From Azolla caroliniana (taxonomy: Eukaryota; Plantae; Polypodiophyta): DNA of 64,000 nt. The translations under genes were made by a program, and so were the position numbers. Shown here piece after piece: positions 1 through 15,348 of the stretch. Positions within the stretch are counted from its first letter, which is position 1; each line of letters opens with the position of its first letter. The DNA is taken from the NCBI GenBank assembly GCA_043228905.1, contig JBHGNT010000011.1:620001-684000 (forward strand), in the 5' to 3' direction. The notes under the pieces were generated by a model that was not told the origin of the DNA, ran no database searches, and saw only the letters and a program-made list of their open reading frames with translations.

Positions 1-22
1 TTGTTTTGAATCTTAAACTTAC

Positions 23-1475
23 CTGGTATATTCTCTCGATCTTCTCAATGACAGAGTTGAAACGATTTGCAGGAGGGGGGAGAGGATCCTTCTGTATTAC
101 TACCTAAAATGCCATCAACTACAGTTTAACATATCTCTTCATATGATAGTATTGAAAATAAGACACAGTTTAGAGAAAAACTTATTCTACAATAGAAAAT
201 GAACATTTTGCAGATTGTTCTCTGACTTTTTATCATCTTCATACTCAAAATTCACACATACAACAACCCACCATTATTTCTAGAGAGAAAGGTGACCATC
301 TAAAGTATCTTAGCATGTATTTGAAACGGCAAACATGTCCATTACTAGAATCATTACGCAAGTCATTGACCATCCCATACAGAGACCTACCATGGGCTTC
401 GATTTGTCAACCAGTTAGTTTATCCATGCTCTCGTGCCATCTTTACAAGATGAAAATTTTCTCTTGAAAAGGGATAGTAACATATCTGAGGTATCCAAGC
501 TGCAGACATTAGCCAAGCCACGGTTGTGTGGCACTCTTACTTACATGCCCTTATCCTATGCATATCATCCCAGATTTGCAAACACTCTAAAAAATTCACC
601 AGTCTGGGAGTATGTCAGCACCATAAATTATGTGCACGTTCTAGAGGTCAGCATCTGCAAGATAAGCTACCATACTGGAATGTCGTAAATTTTCAAATCT
701 CTTCTTTCATACAAGAGGATATTCATTTCGATTTTTATCCGGCTCATTGTCAACCTTGATTAGACTTCAGCGAAGACTACCCTCTTCCATTGGAATCCAT
801 GGAATAGTTCAAAGGATTTTTTTTTTACCATGAGCACACCACATTTGCTTGACATTATAGTCTATTATGATAATCTGATTGTTCCATTTTAAGTGTTCAG
901 AGACCCGTTGATATAATGGTATACTATCCTTGGTAACCAACAAGGGATCATAAATTGGAGCCTTGCATCCCCTCTCGACCCATTATAAGGCAAAGTGCCT
1001 TTTTGTTTAGTAACACTACTGAAGATCTGTCATGGATCTATTCGGTATTAACAGGATGACGGATGAATCCTACAATGATCCTGTGAACTATAGATATTCT
1101 CTTCCACACGCATTCAGATCAGGTGGAATGAGCTGGTTCCATGAAGGATTAGCCGAGGATGAGAGAATGGAGGCTTACCTCAGGGGCCATCCGCGCTTCC
1201 AGTGCAGGATGAGCACCGAATGGGGTAGGAGACGGGCTGCTGCCATTAGGATTGGTGCCCCTGTGGGAATCCTTGACCAGCTTCCTCCAAGAAACGAAGG
1301 TCGTCTCACCAGGCTTCATCTCCACGTAGAACCGATTCGCTCGACGACCAGCAGCAGCAGCAGCAGCAGCAGAAGAAGAAGAAGAAGAAGAAGGCATGGT
1401 GTTGCAGATCGACAGAGCGGCGGAGGCGGAGGCCTGTTGAAATCCAGGGTCGCTGCTGCCTGCTAAAATCGCCAT
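23..1475 (-). CDS. Ubinuclein/HPC2-like (wound-responsive family) histone chaperone, 5' part. Exon 1 1475-1179, exon 2 103-23; the gene continues beyond the window start
   Basis: Exon 1 encodes RFYVEMKPGETTFVSWRKLVKD...AHPALEARMAPE followed by a GTAAG donor. Exon 2 (AG acceptor, GTAAGT donor, 81 nt, phase 0) encodes VVIQKDPLPPPANRFNSVIEKIERIYQ. Both motifs are typical of plant ubinuclein N-termini. Confidence 0.85.
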
Positions 1476-1581
1476 GGATGGCTACTATTATGTATGCTTC
1501 CGCCGGCATTCATTCGCAGGCTCGGATCGAAGGAACCAAATCTGTTTTCTTCGCAGAGGAATGGAATGACACGCGTGACAA

Positions 1582-1613
<32 letters not shown>

Positions 1614-1849
1614 GGCAACAGAAAAAGATGTGTCCATTACCATTAATTAATCATTCAATCAATCAATCAATAATAAAGCCTTTCTTCAGTCTTCTTCTTC
1701 TTCTTCTTCTCCTTCAGTTTTCTTCTCTTTATGTTAATGTATGCTTCAAGTGAAGAGATTAATCATGTATGTATGTTAAAGTGAATAAAGTCATTGCATT
1801 AATCACTCTCTCTTTTTTCCCTCTCATCGTTATCACATAAGAGTAGATT

Positions 1850-2469
1850 GAGGCCCGAGACCAAGGTTCGCCACTTGAAACTAATATGTTTGTACTCGTG
1901 CAAAACATTGTGTTCCGATTGGATGCAAGCTATGGAAAAAAATTTGGTTTTGGAAGATGGAATGCATCATGGTGCATCAATAAAGTCCTGTGCGGACGAG
2001 GCCTTTTTTGCGACATCAATGTATCAAAATATATGGAGGCTGACGCTTCACACATTATACTACATAACATCTAACTATAAAGGCCATGTTCTTCTTTGAA
2101 TGGGAAAACCACACACGACAATACATGTTAAAGTCCATCACATTGTTTGTGTACAACTTCTTAGCTCACACTCACTACAATGCGAGACGAGGTTTTGGGG
2201 GTACAAATGGATGAGAATAGTAGACTATGCACCTTTTACCCTAAACAAGTTCAAGAATATAAGTGTCGCACTTTGATACAATGCTCTTCCTTTGACTATG
2301 CTTTCCACACATCTTCAACAAAAAACCCAATCCTAATATGAATTTTTCTCACATTCATAGTGTACACTCCCAATTACAACATTTATTAGTAAAGTTCTTG
2401 AACATCAAGTTCATGAAAATGTTATATTTTTTGTCTCATACATCATATTTGACCTGCAAAGACGATAAC

Positions 2470-2528
<59 letters not shown>
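1850..2528 (+). mobile_element. Degenerate 3' fragment of a non-LTR retrotransposon (same family as 2529-3364), ending in a (CT)n tail
   Basis: Decayed similarity to the next copy (CSDWMQAMEK / FGRWNA versus CSGWMQDIENWFGRWDA). Its 3' end TCATATTTGACC...GATAA matches 3311-3336, then (CT)n at 2474-2528. Confidence 0.7.
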
Positions 2529-2533
<5 letters not shown>

Positions 2534-3364
2534 AGTTTCTACAAGTTAAGAAACAAGCGCCCTACACCCTCCTCCTCCTTGAGACGGGATCGCTTCCCAT
2601 TGAGATTATGGCCATGGAAAGGGTTGTTGAATACATGCTTAAGGTTCAAAAAAGTCCCTCACATCGACTTCCTAGAATTGCGTGGGAAGCAAGCAAAAAT
2701 ATCCAAAAGACGCGTAAAATCAAATTTTTGTGTTCCGGTTGGATGCAAGATATAGAAAATTGGTTTGGTAGATGGGATGCGAAACACTAGCTTCATGATG
2801 CATCATTAGATTCCTCTGTAAATGAGGCCTTTTTGCAACGCCAATGTATCATGACATGGGACAAATGTGGAGGCTCACACTTCACACATTATACTACACA
2901 TGTTGCACCTAACTACAAAACCATATTCTTTGCGGAACGGGGAAATCGTACACATCGATGCATGTTAGAGCCCATACCGTTATCTGCCATTCGAACCATT
3001 GCTTCCATTCGGCTTAGCTCACATGCATTGCGATGTGAGACAGGGCGTTGGGGCACACGTGATGAGAGTGGTCGATTATACACACTTTGCCCTAAACAAG
3101 TTTGCGAGTCTAAGTATCACACTTTGATACAATGCTCTGCGTTTGATCATATTCGGCCATACTTTCCACATCTCTTTGACCGAGCCCAATCCTTGCATGA
3201 ATTCCTCTCACAACCACAATGTTCACTCTCGATTGCAACATTCATTGGTAAAGTTCTTGAACATCGAGAGTCACTACTCACTTTCACACTAATATTTTTG
3301 GTCTCATAGGTCATATTTGACCTTCGAAGATGATAATATTATCTATCTATCTATCTATCTATCT
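2529..3364 (+). mobile_element. 5'-truncated LINE, ORF2 C-terminus (RTEX/L2-like), with an (ATCT)n tail
   Basis: ORFs 2338-2790 and 2833-3309 encode LLLETGSLPIE...RLPRIAW and IRLSSHALRCETGRW...LC...HTLIQC, a post-RT Cys/His motif, with one in-frame stop. Short 3' UTR with hairpin GGTCA-TATT-TGACC and (ATCT)n at 3341-3364. Confidence 0.75.
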
Positions 3365-3599
3365 CTTTGTGAAAACACACAATTATATTAATAAATGTGT
3401 GTAAAAAACATTATACTTACAATGGGTGTGACAATGAAGTATGGTTACCCACTAACTACGCTACATGGGCAGTGGAACATGTTGAATTGCCAATAGGCAA
3501 GATAAACACTCCACTAAGGAAAGAATTTCCATTTACTCCAATAAAGAAATTTGGCACGTTAGACTACCGTCAACTTTCGTAGCAATGATACAAAAGATT

Positions 3600-4425
3600 A
3601 GTGGTCACTTGTAACAACAACGTTTGACCCCGTAAACACCAATCAATCCACGGTTGTTCTCCTGTTTGTAGAGGTAAGGGACCTTGCATCAATGCAATAT
3701 TTTGTAGTCGGTGCCAAATAAACCCATAATTAGGCGGGATGCGTCATAATTGTTGTGCTTCAACAAACTCCAAAATTCTTTGAGATGGAGCCTCAACTAT
3801 ATCTCCCACCTCTTTAACCCCCAAACGAAAATAATGATTAAATTGAGAGCGCACTCTCTCCTTTCCTGGCCAACATAATAACTGAGAAGACACAAGTAAT
3901 TGTTTTTGCAAAGAATTACAATGCTCTCTACTTGATGACGGTTTCCATACACATAACAAGAGTGTTTCTTGCCATGAGGTAACCAAGTGTTGAACACATG
4001 AAGAGCCCGGAATCCTAAGTCAAATACATCCATTCAGTAAGTGCCACCATGAAGCCTTAATCGTTGTTTTCCCATATGTTAAACCCTTGTTCTCAATTAA
4101 ATATTGAATAATAGATATCCATGGTTGTGAGTTTGAACACATGTCTTGTAATAATGAAAATCTACGAGCCATTATATGCATAGATAAGTTCAATATTCCA
4201 GCTTCCCCCCAAGCGCTTAGGCATTGTTAGATGATTGCACACAACCCAAGTGATTCCCACCTTATCCCTCTCTTTCCACAACAAATATTGAAGAGGTTGC
4301 AAAACAAAATGCAAAGCCTTCTTTGTCCATGGCAACAATGGCAAGTAATATAATATCATGGATTCCATAATAGATTGTACAACCTTCAAGCGTACAGGAA
4401 ATGGCCAAGATTGTGTCTTCCAATA

Positions 4426-4427
<2 letters not shown>
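3600..4427 (-). mobile_element. Degenerate L1-type LINE ORF2 fragment (post-RT region)
   Basis: ORF 4162-4428 WKTQSWPFPVRLKVVQSI...LLWK...PKRLGG resembles the L1 ORF2 W..L..PK..GGLG motif. Frameshifted, and bounded by (CT)n at 4428-4463. Confidence 0.6.
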
Positions 4428-4465
<38 letters not shown>

Positions 4466-4734
4466 TTTATAATTATTCCACCGAAACCTTGATATTACAA
4501 ATTGATGAGGTAGATGTTTCCTAACATTAGTTATTTAATAGGAAACTAAACTCATCATTTGATGGAATTGTCAAGGACTCGGTGGAAGTCAACATACACC
4601 TAGTTGAGATTTTCGTAAATTCTCTGTGCATTTGCTAGAGTGACAATCTCACATCTCTACCAAATAGTTGCTCACCCAATTCACTTCCAACTAAATCTTT
4701 ACAAGCAAATTTGTTCTATTTCCCTTTTTCCTAG

Positions 4735-5005
4735 TGTAAAGAATCGAGAGTGATTCTATGTAGCAGAAGGACTGTGTGTGTGTGTGTGTGTGTGTGTGCA
4801 CAAGAGAGAATGAGAGAGAGAGTGAGAGCTCTAAACAAGAAACTATATATTACATCCAACAGTAACTAAGTTACAAAAGGTTGGTTTAAATACCAACTAG
4901 TCTAGGGCAAATGCCCTTTCTACTAATTACAAAAATGTCGTAGTAAATTGTCCACCGACTAGTGTGAACACTATTCCTCTGGGAAGTTGAGTTCGATTCT
5001 CAACA
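4735..5005 (-). mobile_element. Copia solo LTR with 5-bp TSD CCTAG
   Basis: TG...CA termini. CCTAG at 4730-4734 and 5006-5010. The reverse complement is similar to the Copia 5' LTR at 15349-15629. Confidence 0.85.
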
Positions 5006-7020
5006 CCTAGTCTTGCCCGTAATGTGACAGTGCCCATGTCAATGCCAATATCTTCATGAGTCATGCTATGTACGATAAGTACTTTAAATGTATGCAAGTA
5101 TATGGAAGGAAAGTGAATAGAAAGAGGAGAAACTAAAATATAAAACCTTGTGCCCCCCATAATCTGAACGGGGTTAAAACAATGTAAAAGACTATAAATA
5201 TCATGTTTGTGTATTTTAATTGAGCTTCCACATTCTTAAGACTAGCTAAAGCTTCTCTCTGCCCCCTTTGTCCCTCACTCCATTTAGTTTTCAATGGCAA
5301 TAGTGTTAAGTATTTTACTTTAATTCTTACACTAATCTTCTTGTGTGAGTGTGATGACTTAACTAAATTGAATGTGTTTTGGCTCTATGTATGTATATGC
5401 TTTCACAACTTATTTAACTTATTGAGTATATTGGTTAAACCATTGGGTTTCATTGACTAATTCCTTCAATCAACTATTTAAGTGAGGAGATGAGGAGTTC
5501 TTTTACGTCTTGTACATAATAGTTTGTAGCTTCCACTCTATTTCATTTTGTCAACATATGTAGGGTAAATGACAACCTACACAACCTTAGTTGGAAGATA
5601 TACATAAGAGAAAGAAGTTCTCTTTGTGCAGCATACCTAGGAGCAACAAACTCAAAGAATTACATGTAAATTTAAGGCGTTTGAAGCATCGAAGCAAATG
5701 TTGACAACAGAACACGCAAAAGATCACGACACTCATAGATGATGAAGCAATTCAACGATTATCTCAATAACTTGTCACCCTTTAGATATTGTAAACTTCT
5801 CCACAATGAGGTATAGGGGTGAAATTTCAAAAGCACAAGGAGTTACACACGGGATGTTATGGTAACGTAAATTCATGATTTCTTCCACAACTCTTTGCCA
5901 CCACTAACAACCTTCCAATGAATCACCATAGATTGAGCAAAGGAATGTTAACACCAAGGGAGACCACAAGTTCCAAGATATAAGATGCATGGGCCATATC
6001 ATCATTCGGCCATAGAGCTCATTGTTCGTAAAGACTATTTATATAGATAAAGAAGGGGGAAATAAGAAACAAAATATTATTCATAATTGGTTCTATGTAT
6101 TTGTTAGCAAAATGAGGGTTATAGTTTCAAACGTCAACCAAGCAAAAAATATTAAAATTCTCTCTTGGAAGTCACAACATCAAATTGAGTAGGTACATTA
6201 AACTAGGTGCTCCGTACAAATAATAATAAAACATACTCTTAAGTTAAGCGATCAAGGATAAAAAACATTGAAGAATTGTAAAAGAAGACATGGGCCAAAA
6301 TTTCAAGGCTCCTTTCTTTCTTTAGTTTTTGTTCTTATATTTTCTTCTTCCTTGTGATTTGTTGACGTCGAAGAGTTGAAGAAATTTTAAGTTTAGGGTT
6401 AGGAAGGTCTAGCATTCCTACTCATGAGTCATGGGCATACACCTACACTTTCACATACATATGTATATTTGTTTGTAGTATGTACCTATGTATATTGCAT
6501 ACACATGTGTGTACCGATACATGCACATACATGTACCTATGTATATGGCATACACTCCATCATACACATACATGTACCTATACGCATACACTCAAGGAAT
6601 TCATTTACTTATACGAACACTTGCATCCCTGATCATAATTACATACGTACAATTAAGCATATATGTTTAAATATATAAAAAAACATGTACTATATGAAAA
6701 AATAGAAGGATTGAAAACAATAACTTTTACGTTTAAAGGCAATGTAAAAATAATATGATGGAAAATAGGTTTGAATGTAGATAAACATGTGTCCATATGC
6801 ATGTTTAAACTCTTCATAATTAGGAGTTCAAGTTTCAGCTCATGTAAGTTTCTAACAACTTCCCCTGGTTCAGAGCAATGTAGTAATTGCATCTATCCCA
6901 ATTTGTCCAAAAGCTAGAACTTGACGATCATTGAGTACATTGGCACTAGAATGGCCAACATTGGTGATTAGAAATAGTTGTGAAACTACTTCCGACTTTC
7001 TTTCGTGAATGTGTCAATGT

Positions 7021-7480
7021 TGTGGTAGAGAGTACACACGCAAAGCACACAACTCTAGCGCCCTCATTCGGGAAAAGCCAAGTGTAAGTAATCAATGATG
7101 AACTATGTATGTCGTGGATGGACAATGGACGGGGTCACTACGTTTGAGAAAAAGTGGATGCACTCATTTAGGATTTGTCACTATCGAGACGGAAAGTTGT
7201 AAATATCCAAACGACGATCCGATCGATTGCCGCTTGGGGATTTCTTGTGGCAAATTCACATGGGGAAAACATTGCAAAGTGATGTGCTCGCATCGATCGA
7301 AGTTCAATCAAACCTAGGGTCGTACAGCGCAGAACTTTGTTAGGACCTACCTACGAAGAGACGTTCAGTTCCTTAGAAGCTAACAAGCGATTCTACGCAT
7401 AATCAATGAGAAATGAGGGCCGGACTTGTATCTCCAAAATTGGCGATTCAATGCTATCTCATTGTGCTATACACCCCCCA
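7021..7480 (-). mobile_element. Possible old 3' LTR with polypurine tract
   Basis: The minus strand reads GGGGGG followed by TGTATAGC...CTACCACA. No TSD or partner LTR found. Confidence 0.3.
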
Positions 7481-7582
7481 CCTGAGCTCGCGAATCCAAT
7501 GATGCAGAGTTAATTGTGGTTGCCTTCCATGAGGTTATGTAATTGCATAAATAGCCAAAATGAGAACATAATGAATGAATGC

Positions 7583-7605
7583 TATCTATCTATCTATCTA
7601 TCTAC

Positions 7606-7637
<32 letters not shown>

Positions 7638-7682
7638 CTACATATCTATCTATTTATCTATCTTATCTATCTATCTATCTAC
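7583..7682. repeat. (ATCT)n microsatellite
   Basis: Imperfect ATCT tandem repeat, directly visible. Confidence 0.9.
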
Positions 7683-8337
7683 ATATTTATGTAATGAAAG
7701 CCCCTGCTTTACAAGTTTTCTTTTATTTTGATAAAAGCTGTTGTATCTTGTTCCCCAAACCAAAAAAACAAAAAAGCAAGTTCCGTTTTTTCTGTTTTAC
7801 TGCTGCATTTTGGTGCCTCGTCTTTTGTGTTTTATGTATGTATGTCTATATTTATTTACTCTTCGTGATCCGAGCTCCACCAGTTTCTTTTCTTTCTGCT
7901 GGTTTGCTTTTGGGCTTTTGGGACTCGAGATTCATCCCCCCCACTCACACCATTGATGATGATGATGATGATGATAATGATGATGATGATGGGGGGGGGG
8001 GGGGGGGGGGGGCAGGCACTGCAGGAATCGGGGCCGTTGCAACCATATCTAATCTATGTATGTATGTATATGTTCGTGACATGGCCATGTGCCATGGCCT
8101 TCCTCTTCTCTTCAATGTTACCGTTAAGAGCAGGTAGTTGATGGTAATGGTAGAATGAATCAGTAGGTAAGTCAGTTAGAAGCCTTGTCACTTCTGAGTA
8201 TGGATTATGGTATGTATGTCATAATCATTTCTGCCACTTTCTCTTAGCAATCCATCAGAACAGACCAGACAGATCTTGGATTAGTATTATGTGTGCAGCA
8301 GCAGCAGCAGCAGCAGAATCTCTCCTCTTCCATTGCC

Positions 8338-9940
8338 ATGGCTAAGCAGTCTCAGATGGAGCACACACACGCCCTACTTGTCTTCCGCCGGCTATGGCAC
8401 CTGCTGCTGCCCCTCTTAATCCCTGCCTTCTGCATCCTACATGCCGCCACAGACGCAAATCCCTCTCACATTCTGGCCCATGGCGATGGCGATGGCGGTG
8501 CAGCTGCAGCTGCTATTGTGGCGGCCAATAAGCAGCGGAGGCAGGAGGTGGAGGAGGAGATAGCAGACTACGCGCTGAGGAGGCTGAGGCAGGAAGGGCG
8601 CGAGGTGAAGACGGGCATGGCTTACGACGTGAACCTGCCGAGCTGGACGGAGCCGTTACGCGGAGCCGTGAAGGGATGCCAGGTCCTGAAGGCGAAGGCC
8701 GGGAGCCTGAGACGCAGAGGCCTGCGCTTCAATGGCTTCGATCTTCCACAGGGTGTCCTGCCCGCCCTGCAGAGCAGCGATTCCACTGCTGATGGACTCC
8801 TGATTACTGAGGTATATATATACACACACACATTCTCTGTTGAATCTTCCATTTCCTGTAGCAGTACATGAATAATTTGACACACAGTCCATGATGCATT
8901 TCTGTGCGCCTGTGTTTTGCTCATTGATCCATCTTCTTCTTCATCCACGCCTTTAGCTCCTCTTGGTTTACCGGCGCATCCATGGCGACCTCAACTTCAC
9001 CTTCTACACGCTTCCTGCTGGCTACACCTTCCTCAGCTCAGTCGTCGCCATCGCCACCTATACCTACCCAACCAACAGTAGCTTCTTCTCCTCCTCTAAT
9101 GGCGATCAGCCAGCCCTGAACACAAGCGATCTCACAGAGGTCCAACTGACGGTCTCCAGCCAACAGTCGACTCCTTCCATTGCCATCACCATCACCGTGC
9201 CCGATCTTGCAGCAGCAGCAGCAGCAGCAAATCAGAATAACGGCTCAGATATCCACATCTTAGCTGAGCCGCTCTGCGCTTTCTTCTTCCCCAACGGCTC
9301 CTTCTCTTTCTCCAACCTCACACAGCCCCCTAATGTTTGCTCTTCCTCCATTCTCACCGACACAGCTCTGGTCCTGGGGCCTGCACCCAATTCCTCCACA
9401 ACCACAAGGCACTCAGCTCCATCTCCAGATTCGGCTGCTCCAGGGGATAAATCAGAAGCTCCCATTACTGACAATCATCATCCATCTGGTATTGTAGGAG
9501 GTGTAAGACTGCCACCGGAGGCTTCGCCCCAAGCTGGAGCTGCGCAGCACCATGACCAGCACCACCACATCATCGTCCTCCTCCTCAGCCTGGGAGGAGG
9601 CATCATTGGGCTCCTCATTCTCATCGTGGCTCTGATCGTCTCGTTAGTTTGCTGTTGCAGCCCCGTTCGTTCATCCGACAAACATCCTTTGTCCGAATCA
9701 GATCTTCATGACAGCCGAAATCAGAAAACATCGCCCGCCACATATCATTGTCCCAAGCTCCTCCACTGTTTGGATGCAATGACTACTAGTGGTAAGGAGC
9801 AGCGCGATGATGAAGACGAAGAGTTCGAAACATCCATGATTACTAGATGGATTGGGCACACCAGGGTGCCCACCGTGCCCGCCCTGAGAACGAAACCCTC
9901 AATAGAAGTGGGCAGCCTCCAGTTGCCCTGCAAGCGGTGA
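8338..9940 (+). CDS. DUF1191-family single-pass membrane protein, about 485 aa (exons 8338-8811 and 8957-9940)
   Basis: Signal-peptide-like N-terminus; motif VKTG..Y.V.LP...KAGSLRRRG..F..F.LP.GV; GT-AG intron 8812-8956 joins in frame to LLLVYRR; TM helix IIVLLLSLGGGIIGLLILIVALIV; C-terminal WIGHTRVPTVPALRTKPSIE. Confidence 0.85.
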
Positions 9941-11794
9941 GGCAAACCAGAAGCAAATTATGTGAAACATTTGCGGAACATCCTCCATCGTGTTGAAAGA
10001 TCGATTCGGTGCGGATATATGTAGTAAGCTTGGGAATCTTGGCAATTCATTTTTTCGTGCTGCTGCAGGAAATGGCAAAACATGTGTGGCAAATCTCTTC
10101 AAGTTGCCAGAGGGCTTTCGAGCCTTCAGGAACCCCATCAGAGAGAGCTAACGATACAGATATTAGAGGGAAGTAAATCCAGAGAATACCGATTGTATGT
10201 ATATCCCAAGGTTAGCTAGCTAACTAACATTGTACATCAAAGTGATCATACCATTCTACTTAAATCATTGGCCGTAAGGTGACCTTTCTTGCTGCCACTG
10301 TATTGTTGACATATGTATCAAAGTCCTTGTACGCATAAATTCATATGGTATATCTATTTGCCTTGCGGGCTCTTGGGAACATGAATTAAACCATTGGATT
10401 GTTCTTTCCTCCAAAGGTGGGTGAACTTGTTATCTAATTGGGTTAGCTTGTCTCTACCAATAGATTAAACAAATTGTGCTCCTTAATTTGCCAAATCTTC
10501 TCGTTGGTAGCATCAACAGAGCTAATTTTAAGACGTAAGCTAACCATACTTTTCAAGATTCTGGGTAATTTTCCGTTCTTTCTACAGTTCACAGTTCAAG
10601 AGTAGGGTATCGGTTTATGTCAGGGTTAAGCTTAGGGCTAGGGTTAGGGTACTCGTATGCTTTTTCTAGACTATACACCAAGTTTCAATCAAACCATTGC
10701 CATACATGATACATGGATGGAGAGCCATCAGTTTTATATCGATAGATAGATACAATGCAAAAAAGAAGAAATGTTATCCCTTCTTAGGGATTGCCCATTC
10801 TACACGATTCATTGATCATTCACGATACCCCTTCTTGGGGAATGTGGTTCATCCAAACAGAAAGGAAACACACGGTTGCATGCAACTTGCAATAATTCAT
10901 TGATCACTCACTATAACCCTCAATAATTCATTGCAACTTTGGAACCATCCATCGATTTAGCTGTGTCAATCTGTTATCAAAAGACATTAACCAATTCGGA
11001 ATATGCAGGTAAACAAATTCAACCAAGTGTGAGAGTACTCTCCCCAGACGTCTGGCAAACCGGATGTGAAAGTAGAAAAATAGTGGAAACAAAGTCTGCC
11101 AAAAGTTAAATTCAGTTTCCAAGATCATGCCCACAAAGCTTTGTGGGGTTCGATAATTTCATCGATTCCAACTGAGCGCAAATTTCAATACAAGTGCCTC
11201 CACCTTAAAGTAATAGGTGCTGTTTTAATCGCCTCTCTACCCAATGGAGCGTAAAGTTCAATACAAGCATTTTCACCTCCAATTCATAGTAGTTCTGATT
11301 TTCACAGCTTCCTGTCATACATGAATTGAATTCTTTTCCCCGGCTGCAAATTGCAAATTCATAATTGGGGTAGTCAGTGCATTCACTGGAACAAAATTAC
11401 TGAGCCCAAGATTTAACACACGCCCTTTATTAACCTCAGTACAAAAAACCATGAAATGTTTAAAATTTTGTCGATAGTGTGCATGATTAGTGTTAGTGTT
11501 ACTTATCATTCTAATTGACATCACTCAAAGATGTGTATCTTAAACCATAGACAAAACTCTGGAAAACGCAAGACAATTGCAGTTCATATGTTAACTAACT
11601 GCTTCATTTACTCTATTTAAGTTGTATATGGGTGGTTAGAGAGAGCGAGAGAGAGATAAGTGTGTGAAGGGAACATTCACTGCAAGGGTAAATTCAGAAC
11701 ATGGAGTAAACAGCGGCACAGAAGCATGAGCTGAGGGCACAGCTCAAACATACACGAGCAAAACTGAAAAGCAAAGCTCTTCTGAACTAAAACA

Positions 11795-13790
<1,996 letters not shown>

Positions 13791-15348
13791 TGCGGCAGGT
13801 TGGGAGGGGGGAGCAGAGAAGAGAGGAAGGAGAAAGGAGAATGTGTGGAGAGGCACAGAAGAGAAAGCTAGCGATGGCGATGGCTATGGCGATGGAGGAG
13901 GAGGAGAAGAAGAAACCCTAAAAGCTGTAGTAGCCTGCAAACAGACAGAGAGAGATCGTCTGCGCACGCCCTTGATGCCGCTCGCTGGATCGGACGGTGG
14001 GTAGGTTCGCGTGTTTTAGTGTTTTTTTTTTAATGAGTATTTTCCCTCTCTTTTTCTCTTACGAGAGAGAGAATGAGAATTTGGAAATTTGGAATGTCAG
14101 GTTTCGAACCCAGAACCGATGGTTCAAAAGCTAACACTTTACCCCTAGCTTAATCTATACATATACATAGTACCTAATAACGCTAAAGATATTACAAGCT
14201 TTTTTCCTTTGTTGTCCCAAAGAAGATTGCTTATGTAGGTATAGAGGTTGTGTATGCATATGTATATGTGTGATCAAAGTAGACTCGCTCACTAGAGTGT
14301 GTAGAGGACTATATGCAAATTTGATGGTCTATGGAAGAGTAGGTACATGAACAAAGGGTCTCAAAAACTAAGCCTTGTTGCCAAAAGCTAATTGTAGAAA
14401 CTGGATGCATCTACTGAGGACGTGTTGGCCCTACTACAATGTCAAGAATGGCCATAAAGGCTTTGATAGTGTTCGTGCCGTGACTACTTGCCATTATACC
14501 ATGTGAATGTAATACCCCCTTTTCTAAATGGGCATCTTAAGGAGTGCCCCATGTTTGTGGCACACGCCCACTATGATTCAAGAGGATATATTTTGGGGTT
14601 ATTCATGGCTTTATATGGGTTAAAACGTGCATCGAGGGCTTGAATTGGGTGGATGGATGCATTTCTCACCCGACGTCTTCTGCATACACTGCACAATATT
14701 GGAACTAGAAGAGGAGAGTAGTTGAAGGTATAGCAAGCCAAAGCATAGTTCGTCATTCAACAAATGTTGTGAATGCATAATACAACCAAACCACATATAC
14801 TCATAACCGGGGCAAGTTTCAAACATTGATGTAATCAATTAGGTGTTATAATTAGTAAACCCAAGTCGTACAATAGACTCGTAATTAAGGGCAAGGGTTG
14901 TAGTCGACCAATCTATGACCCATAGGAACACCTTTAACATGGCACAATCATATGGCATATACACAATAGCAATTGTCTACATATAAATGCTAGAGAATAA
15001 TGTAACATTGAGAGTGAACCTAGAGGTCAACCTTGGTATTCCCACAACTACTAGTAGAGTGATGCTCCTAGTTATGTTACTAGTAGAGTGAAACTCCATA
15101 TAAGACGACGTTAGACGTTTCTATATTCCACAAATCCTTCACAATAAGCACCACAATATACTATTTATATAGGTATATACCTAGCAACATACTCGAATGT
15201 CTTAGATATAGTCTAGGTGTCTTAACATAGAAGTAGTACGGGGAGATATGAACAAAAATGGTCCTCAAAATTCAAACAACTTAGGGGTACATTTTTAGTT
15301 GGCAAAACATGTTTCTTTATCCAAAGAAGATTAAATATTTATGTTAAT

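Noticed and set aside
7514-8141. 207-aa and neighbouring ORFs
   Set aside because: They are composed of (ATCT)n, (GAT)n and poly-G simple repeats.
14280-14860. Possible LINE RT relic (KAFDSV-like codons near 14457)
   Set aside because: A single short motif is too degenerate to support a call.
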